DNA of 64,000 bases from Malacoraja senta. Lineage: Eukaryota. A program made the position numbers and the translations under genes. The first letter of the stretch is position 1, and every line of letters begins with the position of its first letter. Shown here piece after piece: positions 1-11,680 of the stretch. Below the pieces are notes generated by a model. It worked only from the letters and a program-made list of their open reading frames with translations. It made no database searches and was not told the DNA's origin. The DNA lies in NCBI GenBank assembly GCA_038087875.1, contig CM075995.1, positions 9,922,001-9,986,000 on the forward strand, given 5' to 3'.

Positions 1-85
1 TCAGCGGGTGAAGCAGCATCTATGGAGCGAAGGAAATAGGCAATGTTTCGGGGTGAGACCCTTCAGACTGCCCCCTCATTCTTCT

Positions 86-680
86 TGAATGGGGGGATCA
101 GTACAGGATGAATGGGGTGGGGGTCAGGACAGTGTATCGGAGGGCCTGTGCAAGATGAATGGGGGATCACTACAGGATGAATGAGGGGATCTGTATAGGA
201 TGAATGGGGGATCAGTATGGGATGAATGGGGGGATCAGTACAGGATGCATGAGGGGATCAGTACAGGATGCATGAGGGGATCAGTTCAAGATGAATGGGG
301 AGATCACTACAGGATGGATGGGGCGATTGGTGCAGGGTAAATGGAGGGTGGGTCAGTACGGGATGAATGGGAGGATCAGTGCAGTATGAATGGGGGGAGA
401 AGTGCAGGATGGATGGGAAGGGGAGTCAGTACAGGATGAATTGGGGTCCCAGTTTAGGATGGATGGGTGGGGTGGCAGGAGAATCAATGCGAGGTGGGTA
501 GGGTGATGAATAGATTGGGGGGGGGTAGATGGGGAGGGGAGCACAGGGGATGTCAGTGAGGACTGAATAGAGGAGGGAATGGGGATCAGTGCGGGATGGA
601 GAGGAGGGGTCCCAGGATAAGAGTGGTGGATGGGGGCGTACAAGAGAGAGAGGGGAGGAGGGGCAGAGGAGGTGGGGAGG
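86..680. repeat. G-rich degenerate minisatellite, unit about 21-22 nt (ggatgaatgggggatcagtaca)
   Basis: Unit visible many times, decaying into a purine-rich tract. Confidence 0.85.
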
Positions 681-1951
681 AAGGAAGTCAGCGCTCCTCG
701 GACAACATCGCTCCGCTGGCTTTGCCGTCCCTGTCCAACGCCAAAGTGCCGCCACCAAAGGGGGTGGCGGTTGGGACTCCTCGCCACCGCCTCCCCTCCT
801 CCGCCAGCCGACAGGAAGGTGCAGGGCCGAGCGGTGCAGCTCAAAGATCCTATAGCGGGGTGCGGGAGGAGGAGGCGGTGGAGCCGCTGTCGCGGCCGCT
901 GTTCGGGGCCCGTCATTTGCTCCGACCTTTCGTCACCACGCACATAGTATCTTTGCCCCGCACAGCCGCCGCCACGAAACATCACGTTCCTATTCTCTAG
1001 AGATGCTGCCTGACCCGCGGAGTTACTCCGTTTTTTTGTGTCTATCGGTATAAACCATTGCCAAGTCGGGCAAAATGACTCGGTGTTTAGGTTGCCCGGC
1101 GGCAATTTGGGTGGTCAATGGCACCCGGGCAACCGCTAATTTCGAGCCCTGGATCACTGTCTATATCTCTCGTTTCCCTTTCCCATCTCGACGGGGATCA
1201 CTGTCTATATCTCTCGTTTCCCTTTCCCCTGACTCTCAGCCTGAAGAAGGATCTCGACCCGAAACATCACCTATTCCTTTCCCCAGAGATGCTGTCTGAC
1301 CCACTGAGTTACTCCAGCTTTTTGTGTGTATCTTCGGCTTAAACCATAATCTGCAGTTCCCTCCTACACAATATTCCCAAGTGCGGCTTTACTATTGTGT
1401 CATGCAACTGTAACATAACAATTTAATTTCTCTGCTCAATCCCCTTACTCATGAAGGCCAGTGTGCCAAAAACCATCTTCACCTTGTTCACCTGTGACAC
1501 TGCTTCCAGGGAACTGCTTGTACTGGATCCCTCTGCTCTACAGCCTATCCTAGAGCCCCACCATTCCCAAAGCTGACACTTTCTTGTATCCGTCCTCCCT
1601 GGTGAATACCGATGCGAAGTATTAATTTTGGATGTCATGTATATGCCCTCACTTCACATAAAGTCCAATAGTTCTGTTTATCATCATTGGGCCTGTAGCC
1701 TTCTATGCTGTGGCGATTGACTAGACAACAAATTAAGAGCAGGGTAGGCCATCAGGCCCATTAAGCCCGGCCTGCCATTCAATATGATAGTGTCTGATTT
1801 AGGCTTGCCGCATTCCACAGTTGGACGTATTCTGCAGATGTAATAAAGAGCAAATGGATACATGTACTTCCTAGGTATTTGTTCACCTAATATAACAAGT
1901 TTTGGAGCTTCTGATCCTGTTGTAAACAAAATTCAATCTGCTTCCTTCCAG

Positions 1952-2038
1952 GGTGGTGACATTATGAAGCTGGAAAATGGGCAGTCAAAGCTTGGGTTGC
2001 CACCTCTCAACCTTGAGCAGCAGGAGGCACTGCAGAAG
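1952..2038 (+). CDS. puf60: PUF60 coding exon (human exon 3 equivalent), GGDIMKLENGQSKLGLPPLNLEQQEALQK
   Basis: Acceptor cttccttccAG, donor AAG|GTAAGT; 87 nt, phase 0/0; peptide resembles vertebrate PUF60 ...MENGQ...KLGLPPL.PEQQEALQK. Confidence 0.9.
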
Positions 2039-2254
2039 GTAAGTAACGAGCTGAAAGGCGGCTGACATTTAATGCATAGGAAAGTATTAGGAGGGTCGGG
2101 TACCACTGCTCTGGAGGCAAGGCCAATAAGAATGGGGGCACAGCAGCTTAGGTAGTTCAACCATCTTGATTGTAGAGATCTAGCCTGTGTTCCTCTACAA
2201 AGGGAAAATTGTCATTAGCTCAATCCTGATATTAATGTCTGTAAAAACAGAGAA

Positions 2255-2410
2255 AATAGCCGTACCAGAGTCCCAGGTTCTATCCTGAGCTAGGGTGTTT
2301 GTGTGGAGTTTGCATGTTCTTTCTATGAGCATGTGGGTTTCCCCCATGTATTTTCCCACACCTGAAAGATGAGCGGGTTTGTTGGCTAATTGGCCTCAAA
2401 ATTACCTCGA
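2255..2410 (+). mobile_element. tRNA-derived V-SINE fragment
   Basis: Degenerate B-box ggttctatcc followed by V-domain-like gtgtggagtttgcatgttct...gtgggtttcc. Confidence 0.65.
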
Positions 2411-2419
2411 ATGTGTCGG

Positions 2420-3253
2420 GAGTGGATAAATGTGAGGTTAGAGGTTATCCACTTTGGTGGCAAGAACAGGAAGGCAGATTATTATCTGAATGGTGTCACA
2501 TTAGGAAAAGGGGAGGTGCAACGAGACCTGGGTGTGCTTGTACATCAATAAATGAAAGTAAGCATGCAGGTACAGCAGGTAGTGAAGAAAGCTAATGGCA
2601 TGTTGGCCTTCATTGCAAGAGGATTTGAGTATTGGAGCAAGGAGGTCCTACTGCAGTTGTACAGGACCCTGGTGAGACCGCACCTGGAGTATTGTGTGCA
2701 ATTTTGGTCTCCTAATTTGAGGAAGGACATTCTTGCTATTGAGGGAGTGCAATGTAGGTTTACCAGGTTAATTCTCGGTATGGCGGTACCGACGTATGAT
2801 GAAATAATGAGTCGACTGGGCTTGTATTCACTCGAATTTAGAAGGATGAGAGGGGATCTTGTAGAAACATATAACATTCTTAAAGGATTGGACAGGCTAG
2901 ATGCAGGTAAAATGTTCCCAATGTTGGAGGAATCCAGAACCAGGAGTTAGTTTAAGAATAAGGGGGTCGGCCATTTAGGACTGAGGTGAGGGAAAAACTT
3001 TTTCACCCAGAGAATTGTGAATCTGTGGAATTCTCTGACTCCAGGGTCCTGTACAACTGCAGTGCAGGCCAATTCACTGGATTTTTCAAGAGAGAGTTAG
3101 ATTTAGCTCTTGTGGCTAAAGGAATCAAGGGATTTGAGGGAAAAGCCAGAACGGGGTACTGATTTTGGATGATCAGCCATGATCACATTGAATGGCGGGT
3201 GCTGGCTCGAAGGGCTGAATGGCCTACTCCTGCACCTATTTTTCTATGTTTCT
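2420..3253 (+). mobile_element. CR1 LINE 3' fragment
   Basis: ORF2 C-terminal peptide (LYRTLVRPHLEYCVQFWSP, LGLYSLEFRRMRGDL); 3' end cctcctgcacctatttttctatgtttct. Confidence 0.9.
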
Positions 3254-3313
3254 AAATGCTGAGTTGACCCAGCAATGCTTCAGATTTTCACCTTTGCTTC
3301 CTTTCTTTTCCAG

Positions 3314-3403
3314 GCTAAGAAGTATGCAATGGAACAAAGCATCAAGAGTGTGTTAGTGAAGCAAACAATCGCTCATCAACAGCAGCAGCTTACCAATCTG
3401 CAG
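3314..3403 (+). CDS. puf60: PUF60 coding exon (exon 4 equivalent), [30 protein letters not shown]
   Basis: Pyrimidine tract plus CAG acceptor, CAG|GTGAGC donor; 90 nt; peptide matches PUF60 as recalled. Confidence 0.96.
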
Positions 3404-6400
3404 GTGAGCTCGAGATGGGCCCCACAGTACTGCTTTTGCAGCTTCTGTTGGTGCTCCGCTGCATAGCCTGTTTCAGTGGAGATTATTATAAAATGGTGTT
3501 GATCATATTGATGTGAAAGATTAAATCAACAGAACTGCATTTGCTAGAAATCTGAAAAAGAAAATGCTGAAATACTCGGCAGGTCTGTGGGAAGAATTAA
3601 TGTTTCAGGTGGAAATGTTATCAGAGCTGCTGAGCATTTCTTGCATTTTCTGTTTGAGATGCGAGTCTCCGTGCTCACCCATAATGCAGGCACCGAGCAC
3701 TGTTCTTGAGCAGTTCTCGAATGTCATACAAGGTGCATCTAAATGGGTCTTATTGCCTTGACAAAGCATGATCAGATATAGCAGAAGAGTGTCTCCATTG
3801 TACTCAAGACAGTTTGGATCAAAGATCCTTTGTTTGGATGCAGCCCAGTAAATCACGCAAGCCAGTTCTCGCCTCCCAACCTCCCCTCCCCCATTGACTA
3901 CACAATGCTACCTCAGAAAAGCAGCCAAGACCACTCACAACCCAGACATTCCCTTTTTACTGCTCTTGACAGACTCTTGAACTGACTTCATAAGCCAAGG
4001 ATGTATTTTTATCTCCCAGTGTATCTCACTGCGGCCCTTGCACTTTTTTATTTGTACATTCTTTATAGCTGTAACACTATATTCTGCACTGTTTCTTTTC
4101 TCTTTTTGCACTGTTGTACTTGTATGGTTTGATTGTAATCACATTTATATGATTTGCTAGGATAGCAAGCAAAACAAAGTTTTTCACTGTATCTTGGTGA
4201 CAGTAATAAAACAATGTGTAGAGCAGTATTGCCCTTCAGCCCACAATATCCTTAAGAACACAATGCCAAATTAAACTAATCCCTCTGCCTGCATATGATT
4301 CATATTCCTCCAATTCCAACATGTTTGTGAGCCTCTCTAAATGCCTCTTAAGTCACTGTCATATCTGCTTCCATCGCCCACCATGCCATCATATACCAAG
4401 TATCTACCACTGTGCTTAAAATGTATCTCGCACATTTTGTTTAAACATTCCCCATATCGCCTTAAATTTAATTCCTCTAGTATTGGACATGTCTAATGTG
4501 GAAATAGAATGTGACTGCCTTCCCTATCTGTGTTTCATCACAATTTGATATACTTCCATCAGGTCCTTGTCAGCCTCTGACACTCCAGAGAAAGAATCCA
4601 AATTTGTCCAAACTATCGCTGTAACCAATACTCTCTAATTAGATGTCAATGAGTGGGAATGGGTGCAGAAAAGATTCACCAAGATATTACCTGGACTTGC
4701 GGGCTTGAGTTGTAGGGATAAAGTGAACACTATTTTCTTTTTACCCCGATTAAAGGATTCTAAAACTAGAGGGTGTAGACTAAAGGTGAGGTTTAAGAGT
4801 GACCGGGCAAATTTTTCTGGGTAGTCCATATGTCTGAAGAAGTGTCCTGACCTGAAACGTCACCTATCCAAGTTCTTCAGTGCTGCCTGACCTGCTGTTA
4901 CTCCAGCACTTTGTGTCTTTTTTTTGTAAACCAGCATTTGAAGTTCTGTGTTTCTACTATTCCTTATCTGGAATGAGCTGCTAGAGGAAGCTATAGAAGC
5001 AGATACAATTATGATATTCAAAAGACATTTGGACAGAGATGTGGATAGAAAGGATTTGGATGGATATAGGCCAAATGCAAGCAAATGGTGGTATCTCAGA
5101 ATGCCAATGGTGGCAGGAGGGTCTGTTTATTTTAATTAAGGCACCACCACCAGCTGGCAGCGCCTTCCAGGCACCCACTACTTTTGTGTTGAAAAATAGA
5201 ACTTGCCCTGCACACCTCCTTTAAACTTAGCTCCATCTCACCTTAAAGCTATGCTCTCCAGTGACATTCCCATGCTGGGGAAAAAGGTTCTGGATGTCTT
5301 CTCATAATTGCCTCTATGCCTCTCATAATTTTTTATATTTTTATTACGTCTCCCCATCAACCTTTGACGCTCCAGAGAAAACAGCCCAATCTCTCCCTGT
5401 AGCTGATAACCTTTAATCCAGGCAGCATTCTGGTAAACCTCTTCTGCACCCTCTCCAAAGCCTCTGCATCCTTCCTTTAATGGGGCAACCAGAACTCTGC
5501 ATGATTATTTTGGGAATGGATTCACTTGATGTCATGTCATGAGAATGGGTTTTGTGTGACTGGCTGTTTATTGTTCCAATGGCAGATATTGTAGACTCAT
5601 GTTTTCTAATGGATCATTCCAAATGCAGATTGCTGATGGATCCACAGAGATCTCAGGTTGGAAGAGCGTTAATGTCTGCTTGTATTTCCCTATAACTAGA
5701 AAGAAATTCATTTTGGTTTCAGTTGGTTAGAATTCTCTACATTTTGCAGCATTATCTCTATGTCCCCTTACCCCTTGTTCTTATTACCAAGCATATGTGA
5801 ATTGTTGTTATGTATAATAAGGGATGAGTGGTATTTCTGCTGATATGTGCAGTTTTACACATTTAACCCTTCATTCAATTTTAATTCCAGGGGTGGAACA
5901 TTTATCCTAATGCTTTCCTGCATTTGTCAAAATATTATTGAACTATTTGGCTTGCCCCTCACAAAAACATGCCCCAATCATCAAGGTTCTTGATGAGTTC
6001 TCCCATTTCTGGGACCCGTATTGGCAATGTCACATCTTGAGGCACTGAATTCAGTATATCAACTATTCTAATTACTGCAGTTGAGAAGGCTGTGCAATTT
6101 TCCACCCCTGTATCCTGGTCCAATATTTGGACGGTTTTCTTCGTTCAGGAATAAGTGCTTGTCCTAACAATGATAGTGTCTGGTTCAAATAAGGACACCA
6201 AACAAGTTTTAAAAATTGTGTGGTTATTAGAAAATGTAATATCAGGAACCCCTTCTCAATACATAAATACTCAATTTGTGTTGATATTTCACATGCTAAA
6301 AATTCCTTATATACACGTCTATCCATATTCATGGTCTCTCCTCTTCATTTCTGTATTTTCCAAAAAGTAAATTTACAGCTACATCATAGTTCCTGTCTAT

Positions 6401-7599
6401 TTGGCTTAGATAATAGCATTTGTTACAGGGTGTGGCATAGGGTATTGAGCGGTATAAGATTTTTAGTTTAGTTTATTGTCACATGTACCGAGGTACAGTG
6501 AAAAGCTTTTGTTGCGTGCTAACCAGTCAGTAGCAAGACTATACATGATAAATACAATACTAGATAATGTAGTCTTGTGATTGGATGGAAATAAGTTGAG
6601 TGTTTGGCTGATACAGTGAACTACGAAAGATTCTTCGATACAGTGGCATGCCTGCCAGAAATTGAGTAAGAAAAGGATTGGCTATGAGTTGCCGATTATC
6701 GAGCATGTCCATGCCCAATGTCTAGGCCATTGGTGCATTCTTGCTAATCTTTTACCTCTTTCCACACTCCTCTGCTGCTGTTCACCTGTCTGCATTCCCC
6801 CAGTAACTTCACAGGAAGCTCATTTAAAAAAAAAAGTGTTTTCTGCTTGAGGTTGCCTGTGTTGCTCACCTGGGACACCTGGCAAAACAGCTGCTCAGTG
6901 TAAAAGCCTCCCACAAAAGCACTACCAGTTGAAAGTACAGAGACTTCTTCTGAATGCGGAATACTCTTTTTATTTTATTTTGGCTTGACTGAGACATCTT
7001 TAGGTGAAGTCTTGCAGGCTGTGGTGGCAGTATTAAACCTAAATCTTATTGTGTGCAGTGCTGTAGATATTGCTAAAGCAAATTCTTTAGGATTGAAAGA
7101 ATGATTGTTAATAACCTTGGAATACGAGGGCATTCCAAGACTTTTAAACATCTACACAGTGGCAGTATGCATAATTAGGCAGCTTCAGTTGGAGATGCTT
7201 TAATCTGAATCATTGTGTACAGGGGTGCCTGAAGAAGGGTCTCGACCTGAAACATCACCTATTTATTTTATCCAGAGATGCTGTCTGACCCGCTGTGTTA
7301 CTTGTGTTTATCTAAATGAGGTGCCAACTGCTTGGAGTATATCTGACTTTGTAAAGTATAAGTGCCTGAGATGTGGGTGCAAACTAGTTTATTTGTACAA
7401 TGTTGATGCCTGGATCAGCTCTTCCATTTTCCTGTAATGTGTTCACCTGATGCATTTTAAAAACAAAATCTTCTATTTAGTTCCTTATTGAATTGCTTCC
7501 CATGAGCAGCTACATAGAAACTAGGTGCAGGAGTAGGTCATTTGGCCCTTCGAGCCAGCATCGCCTTTCAATGTGATCATGGCTGATCATCCTTCTTGT

Positions 7600-8900
7600 G
7601 ACCGACTGCATGAAGGAACAGGAGCTGGGTGTATGAAGGATCATGTGAGGTGTTGGGGGCTTGAGAGTTAAGAGTTTTAGTGAGGTGGTCACACTTATGG
7701 TGCAGGTAGAATGTAGATGTGGGACCACCAGGAAAGGGAAAATGAGCAAGCAGAGAGTGCAGGGTTCCCTTGTGGCCATTTTGCTTAAACAGGTGTGCTC
7801 TTTGGATATTATTAGGAGGAATGATCGTTCAGGAGAAAGCAGCAGCCAGGTCTGTGGCACCGTAGGTACACAAAAATGCTGGAGAAACTCAGCGGGTGCA
7901 GCAGCATCTATGGAGCGAAGGAAACAGGCAACGTTTCGGGCCGAAACCCTCGAAACGTTGCGTGTTTCCTTCGCTCCATAGATGCTGCTGCACCCACTGA
8001 GTTTCTCCAGCATTTTTGTGTACCTTGGATTTTCCAGCATCTGCAGTTCCTTCTTTAACACTCTGTGGCACGGTGTCTGGCTCCGAGGCAGAGCGGGAAA
8101 AGGTGAAGTCCGACAGAGCAACTGAGAGAAGACTCGTTAGTTAGGGGAAAAGAGAGATTGTGTGACAGCATTCAGGAGTGGCTGCAGAACATTCCCAATG
8201 TGTTTCGTGCACATGGGACAAATTACATGGGTAGGAAAAGGGATGAGGTCCTGCAAAGTGAATATGGGGAGCAAGACAAAAGGTCCCAAAAGCAGAACCA
8301 CAATAGTAGTAATCTCTGGATTATTCCGCATTGCTGTGTATTAGTGTGGGTAGGGATAGGATGACAGGATAGATGAATGCTTGGCTGGGGATTTTTGGAC
8401 CATTGGGATCTTTTCTGGGCAGAGATAACCTGCACAAGAGAGACTGGTGGCATCCAAACTGGCTGGGTCCAATATTCTGTCTACTCGGGAAGGTTAAACT
8501 AAACTGGCAGAGGGCAGGATTCAAAGCAGTAGTGAGGTAGTTATGAGGCTGGAGGTGGATACACAGAAGTCAATGGCAGCAGGTTCAGTGCAGCCAAGAC
8601 AAGTAGAGCACCAGAGGAAATACGGTTGGATTATTTCAATGCAAGAGGTCTGACAGGTAAGCATATGAACTCGGGGCGCGGATAGGTACATGGGACTGGT
8701 AAATGTTGACAGAACTCTGGTATAGGGAGGGACAGGATTGGGTGTTTAATGTTCCAGAGTATATGCTAAAGGTGGGGACAAGAGAGGAGGCCGAGCTGCT
8801 TTATTGTTTATGGAGAACTTTATGGCGGTAGTCCGAGATGACATTACTGAAGGATTGTTCAGTGAGGCTAAAGGGGTGGAGTTGAGAAAGCAAAAGAGTT
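7600..8900 (+). mobile_element. Degenerate CR1 5' region (ORF1 esterase-like remnant and start of the endonuclease)
   Basis: Similar to the minus-strand ORF1 region at 30291-30536 (gtagtaatctctggatt, cattgggatcttttctgggc) and to the EN start (tttcaatgcaagagg). Confidence 0.6.
7861..8061. mobile_element. Fold-back (palindromic) short element built from two Penelope 3' ends
   Basis: About 75-bp inverted arms at 7864-7938 and 7951-8025; 10-bp TSD tctgtggcac (7851-7860, 8062-8071); arm matches 54006-54070. Confidence 0.85.
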
Positions 8901-8954
8901 GATCAACTTGCTGTTTGTCATCTATATTAACAATTTGGATGAGAATGTACACGG

Positions 8955-11340
8955 CATGGAGTCATAGAGTGATACAGTGTGGAAACAGGTCCTTTGGCCC
9001 AACTTGCCCACACCGGCCAACATGTCCCAGTTACACAAGTCCCACCTGCCTGTGCTTGGTCCATATCTCTCCAAACCTGTCCAATCCATGTACCTGTCTA
9101 ACTGTTTCTTAAACGTTGGAATAGTCCCAGCCTCAACTACCTCCTCTGGCAGCTTGTTCCATATACCCACCTACTCAACCTCTCCCTATAGCTCACACCC
9201 TCTAGTTCTGGCAACATCCTCGTAAATCTTTTTTGAACCCTTTTAAGCTTAACGATATCTTTCCTATAAAATGGTGCCCAGAACTGAACACAATACTCTA
9301 AATGCGGTCTCACCAACGTCTTATACAACTGTAATATGACGTCTCAACTCAATATGCCGACTGATGAAGGCCAAAGTGCCAAAAGCCTTTTTGACCACCT
9401 TATCTAACCTTCAAGGAATCATGCACCTGTACTCCTAGATCCCTCTGCTCCACAACATTCCCCAGAGGCCTACCATTTACTGTGTAGGTCCTGCCCTTGT
9501 TAGATGTCCCAAAATGCAACACCTCACATTTCTCTGTCGATGAAGGCATGATTTGTTTGTAGTTAGCACTAGAATAAGTGTTATTATAGATGGTGAAGAT
9601 GCTTATCAAGAATTACAGTTGGATCTTGTCGGGCAAGTACACTGAAGAATGACGATTGGAATTTAATTCCTAAGGATGAGGTGTACATTTTGGAAAGTCA
9701 AACTGTGGCAGGATCTTCACATCTACAAGGTACTTTATAGTTACATAGGTATGGACAATGGTAGGGACCAGGGGAGTGTTGTGGAGCAAAGAACTTGGTG
9801 AGTACAAGTCCATAGTTTAGCAATGTTACAAAATTTTGAGATTTTAAAAATAAAGTCTGCAATTTATCCCATCAGATAAAGCATAAAAAGAAGTTTAATT
9901 TGACACCTAATTCACTTTCATATCTTCAGTATTAAAAAAGTTATGGCCATTTTCATACTCGGAAATTAGCATCTTCTTCCCTATTGCTTTTCCATTGACT
10001 TAACACGAAAGCTGTGATCGAGGACAGTCAAAAGCCCATAACTTTCTTAAAAATTAAGAGAACTGAAAGAAATTTTCAGTTATTATAGATTGAAGCATTC
10101 TGAAACAAATATGAAACAATCTTACTTAGAAGACATGAAATTAAAGCATATAATTATTTATTTACCTAATTGTAGCTATTTACAAAATTCAATTACTAGA
10201 TCTAAACATCCATCAATTTCTTAAGAATAGATTAACATTTTTAAATAGCCTAAGTGTCCAAATAACATTCACACAAGAATTCACAATATAACATAATTTT
10301 TAAATCTCATTGTCATGGATTTACAGGCCAAATGGAAGGAATTGAATGTTTAATACCTGTAAATTAATGGGCATTTATATCATCTTGCGAGTGGGGATTT
10401 CTGGAACGCGGTCTTTTGGAACGTTCATTTGCGGTGAATTTAACCCCATATCGGCATGAAAATTTCTGCCGTTAATTCGGGGAATAAAATCACCGTTTCG
10501 CATGAAAAAATGTGAATTAAAGGCTTCTTAAGAAGCACTTTTATACATTTAAATAAACCACTTTCGTTTACCTGTCCCCGTTGTCGGCGTTGACAGCTTC
10601 AGAAGCTGATTTAAAAATGACTCCAGCGCTGACATTGTCGATTTAATTTTAAAAAAAAATACACAAAACGCCCCTAGGAACGACTTTTCAGCAAACGCTT
10701 GTACTCCAACGAAATATAATACAGGACAAGGTAGGAGAAACCCGCGTTTTAACTCCGCCCCCCCTTAAAGGCGCCCAAATCGCGCACACGGCCAGTGGCA
10801 GAATTACAGCGCCGCTGAGGGTAAGTATTGTAACATACCTACATAGTTCCCTAAAGGTCATGTCATAGGTAGATAGGGTGGTGAAGAAAGCTTTTGGCAC
10901 ACCTTAGTCAGGGAATTATGATGATGTTGCCAGGGTTCGAGGACCTAAACTATAGGGAGAGGTTGGGCAGAGTGGGACTATTTCTTAGAGTACAGGAGGC
11001 TGAGGGATGACCTTATAAAATCATGAGGGGAATGGATCGGGTCAATGCATAATCTTTTTCCTAGAGTAGCGAAATCAAGAACTAGACGGCATAAATTTAT
11101 GCTGAGGAAACATTTAAGATTAACCTAAGGGGCAACTTTTTCCACATAGAGGGTAGTGGGTGTATGGAACGAGCTGGCTGAGGCAGGTGCAACAACGTTT
11201 TAAAAACATTTGGGAAGGTGCATGGATAAGAAAGGTTCAGAGGATATGGACCAAACACAGGCAAATGGAACTATCTTGGATGAGGCATCTTGGTTGATAC
11301 GGATGAGCTGGACCAAAGGGAGTGTTTCGTGCAGTATGAT
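8955..11340. mobile_element. Cluster of CR1 fragments in both orientations
   Basis: Peptides YKTLVRPHLEYCVQFWAP, KCEVLHFG and WNKLPEEVVEA in the ORF track. Confidence 0.8.
9818..10841. mobile_element. Non-autonomous DNA transposon (about 1.0 kb, AT-rich) inserted in a CR1 fragment
   Basis: Imperfect 14-bp TIRs tagcaatgttacaa / ttgtaacataccta; catagtt duplicated on both sides; CR1 sequence resumes after it. Confidence 0.75.
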
Positions 11341-11489
11341 CGCAACATATGAACAACAGTTTTGGATGAAATACAGCTGAAATTACACAAATCAGGCATC
11401 ATCTGTGGAGACTGAAGCTTTACATTGATGCCCCTCGATAGAGCTGGTCTGTAAGGTATGTATGTGGGATTATTTATTTGAATTCTTGA

Positions 11490-11680
11490 GTAGCGCAACT
11501 AGTTGAGCTGCTACTTCACAGCTGCAGCCATCCAAGTTCAATCCAAATCTCTAGTGCTGTTCGTGTGGAGTTTGCATGTTTTCTCTGTGACCATGTGGGA
11601 TTCCCCCGGGTGCTCAATTTTCCTTCCATATATAGAAAACGTAGATTGATGGGTTAATTGGCCACTGTAACTTGCTCACA
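11490..11680 (+). mobile_element. tRNA-derived V-SINE
   Basis: agttcaatcc B-box; gtgtggagtttgcatgtt...ccccgggtgctc. Confidence 0.7.

Noticed and set aside
353..1105. 250-aa Pro/Ser/His-rich ORF and overlapping ORFs
   Set aside because: Derived from the G-rich minisatellite and adjacent repeats; low complexity, no recognisable domain
2255..2300. tRNA gene
   Set aside because: Only a degenerate SINE head; no cloverleaf
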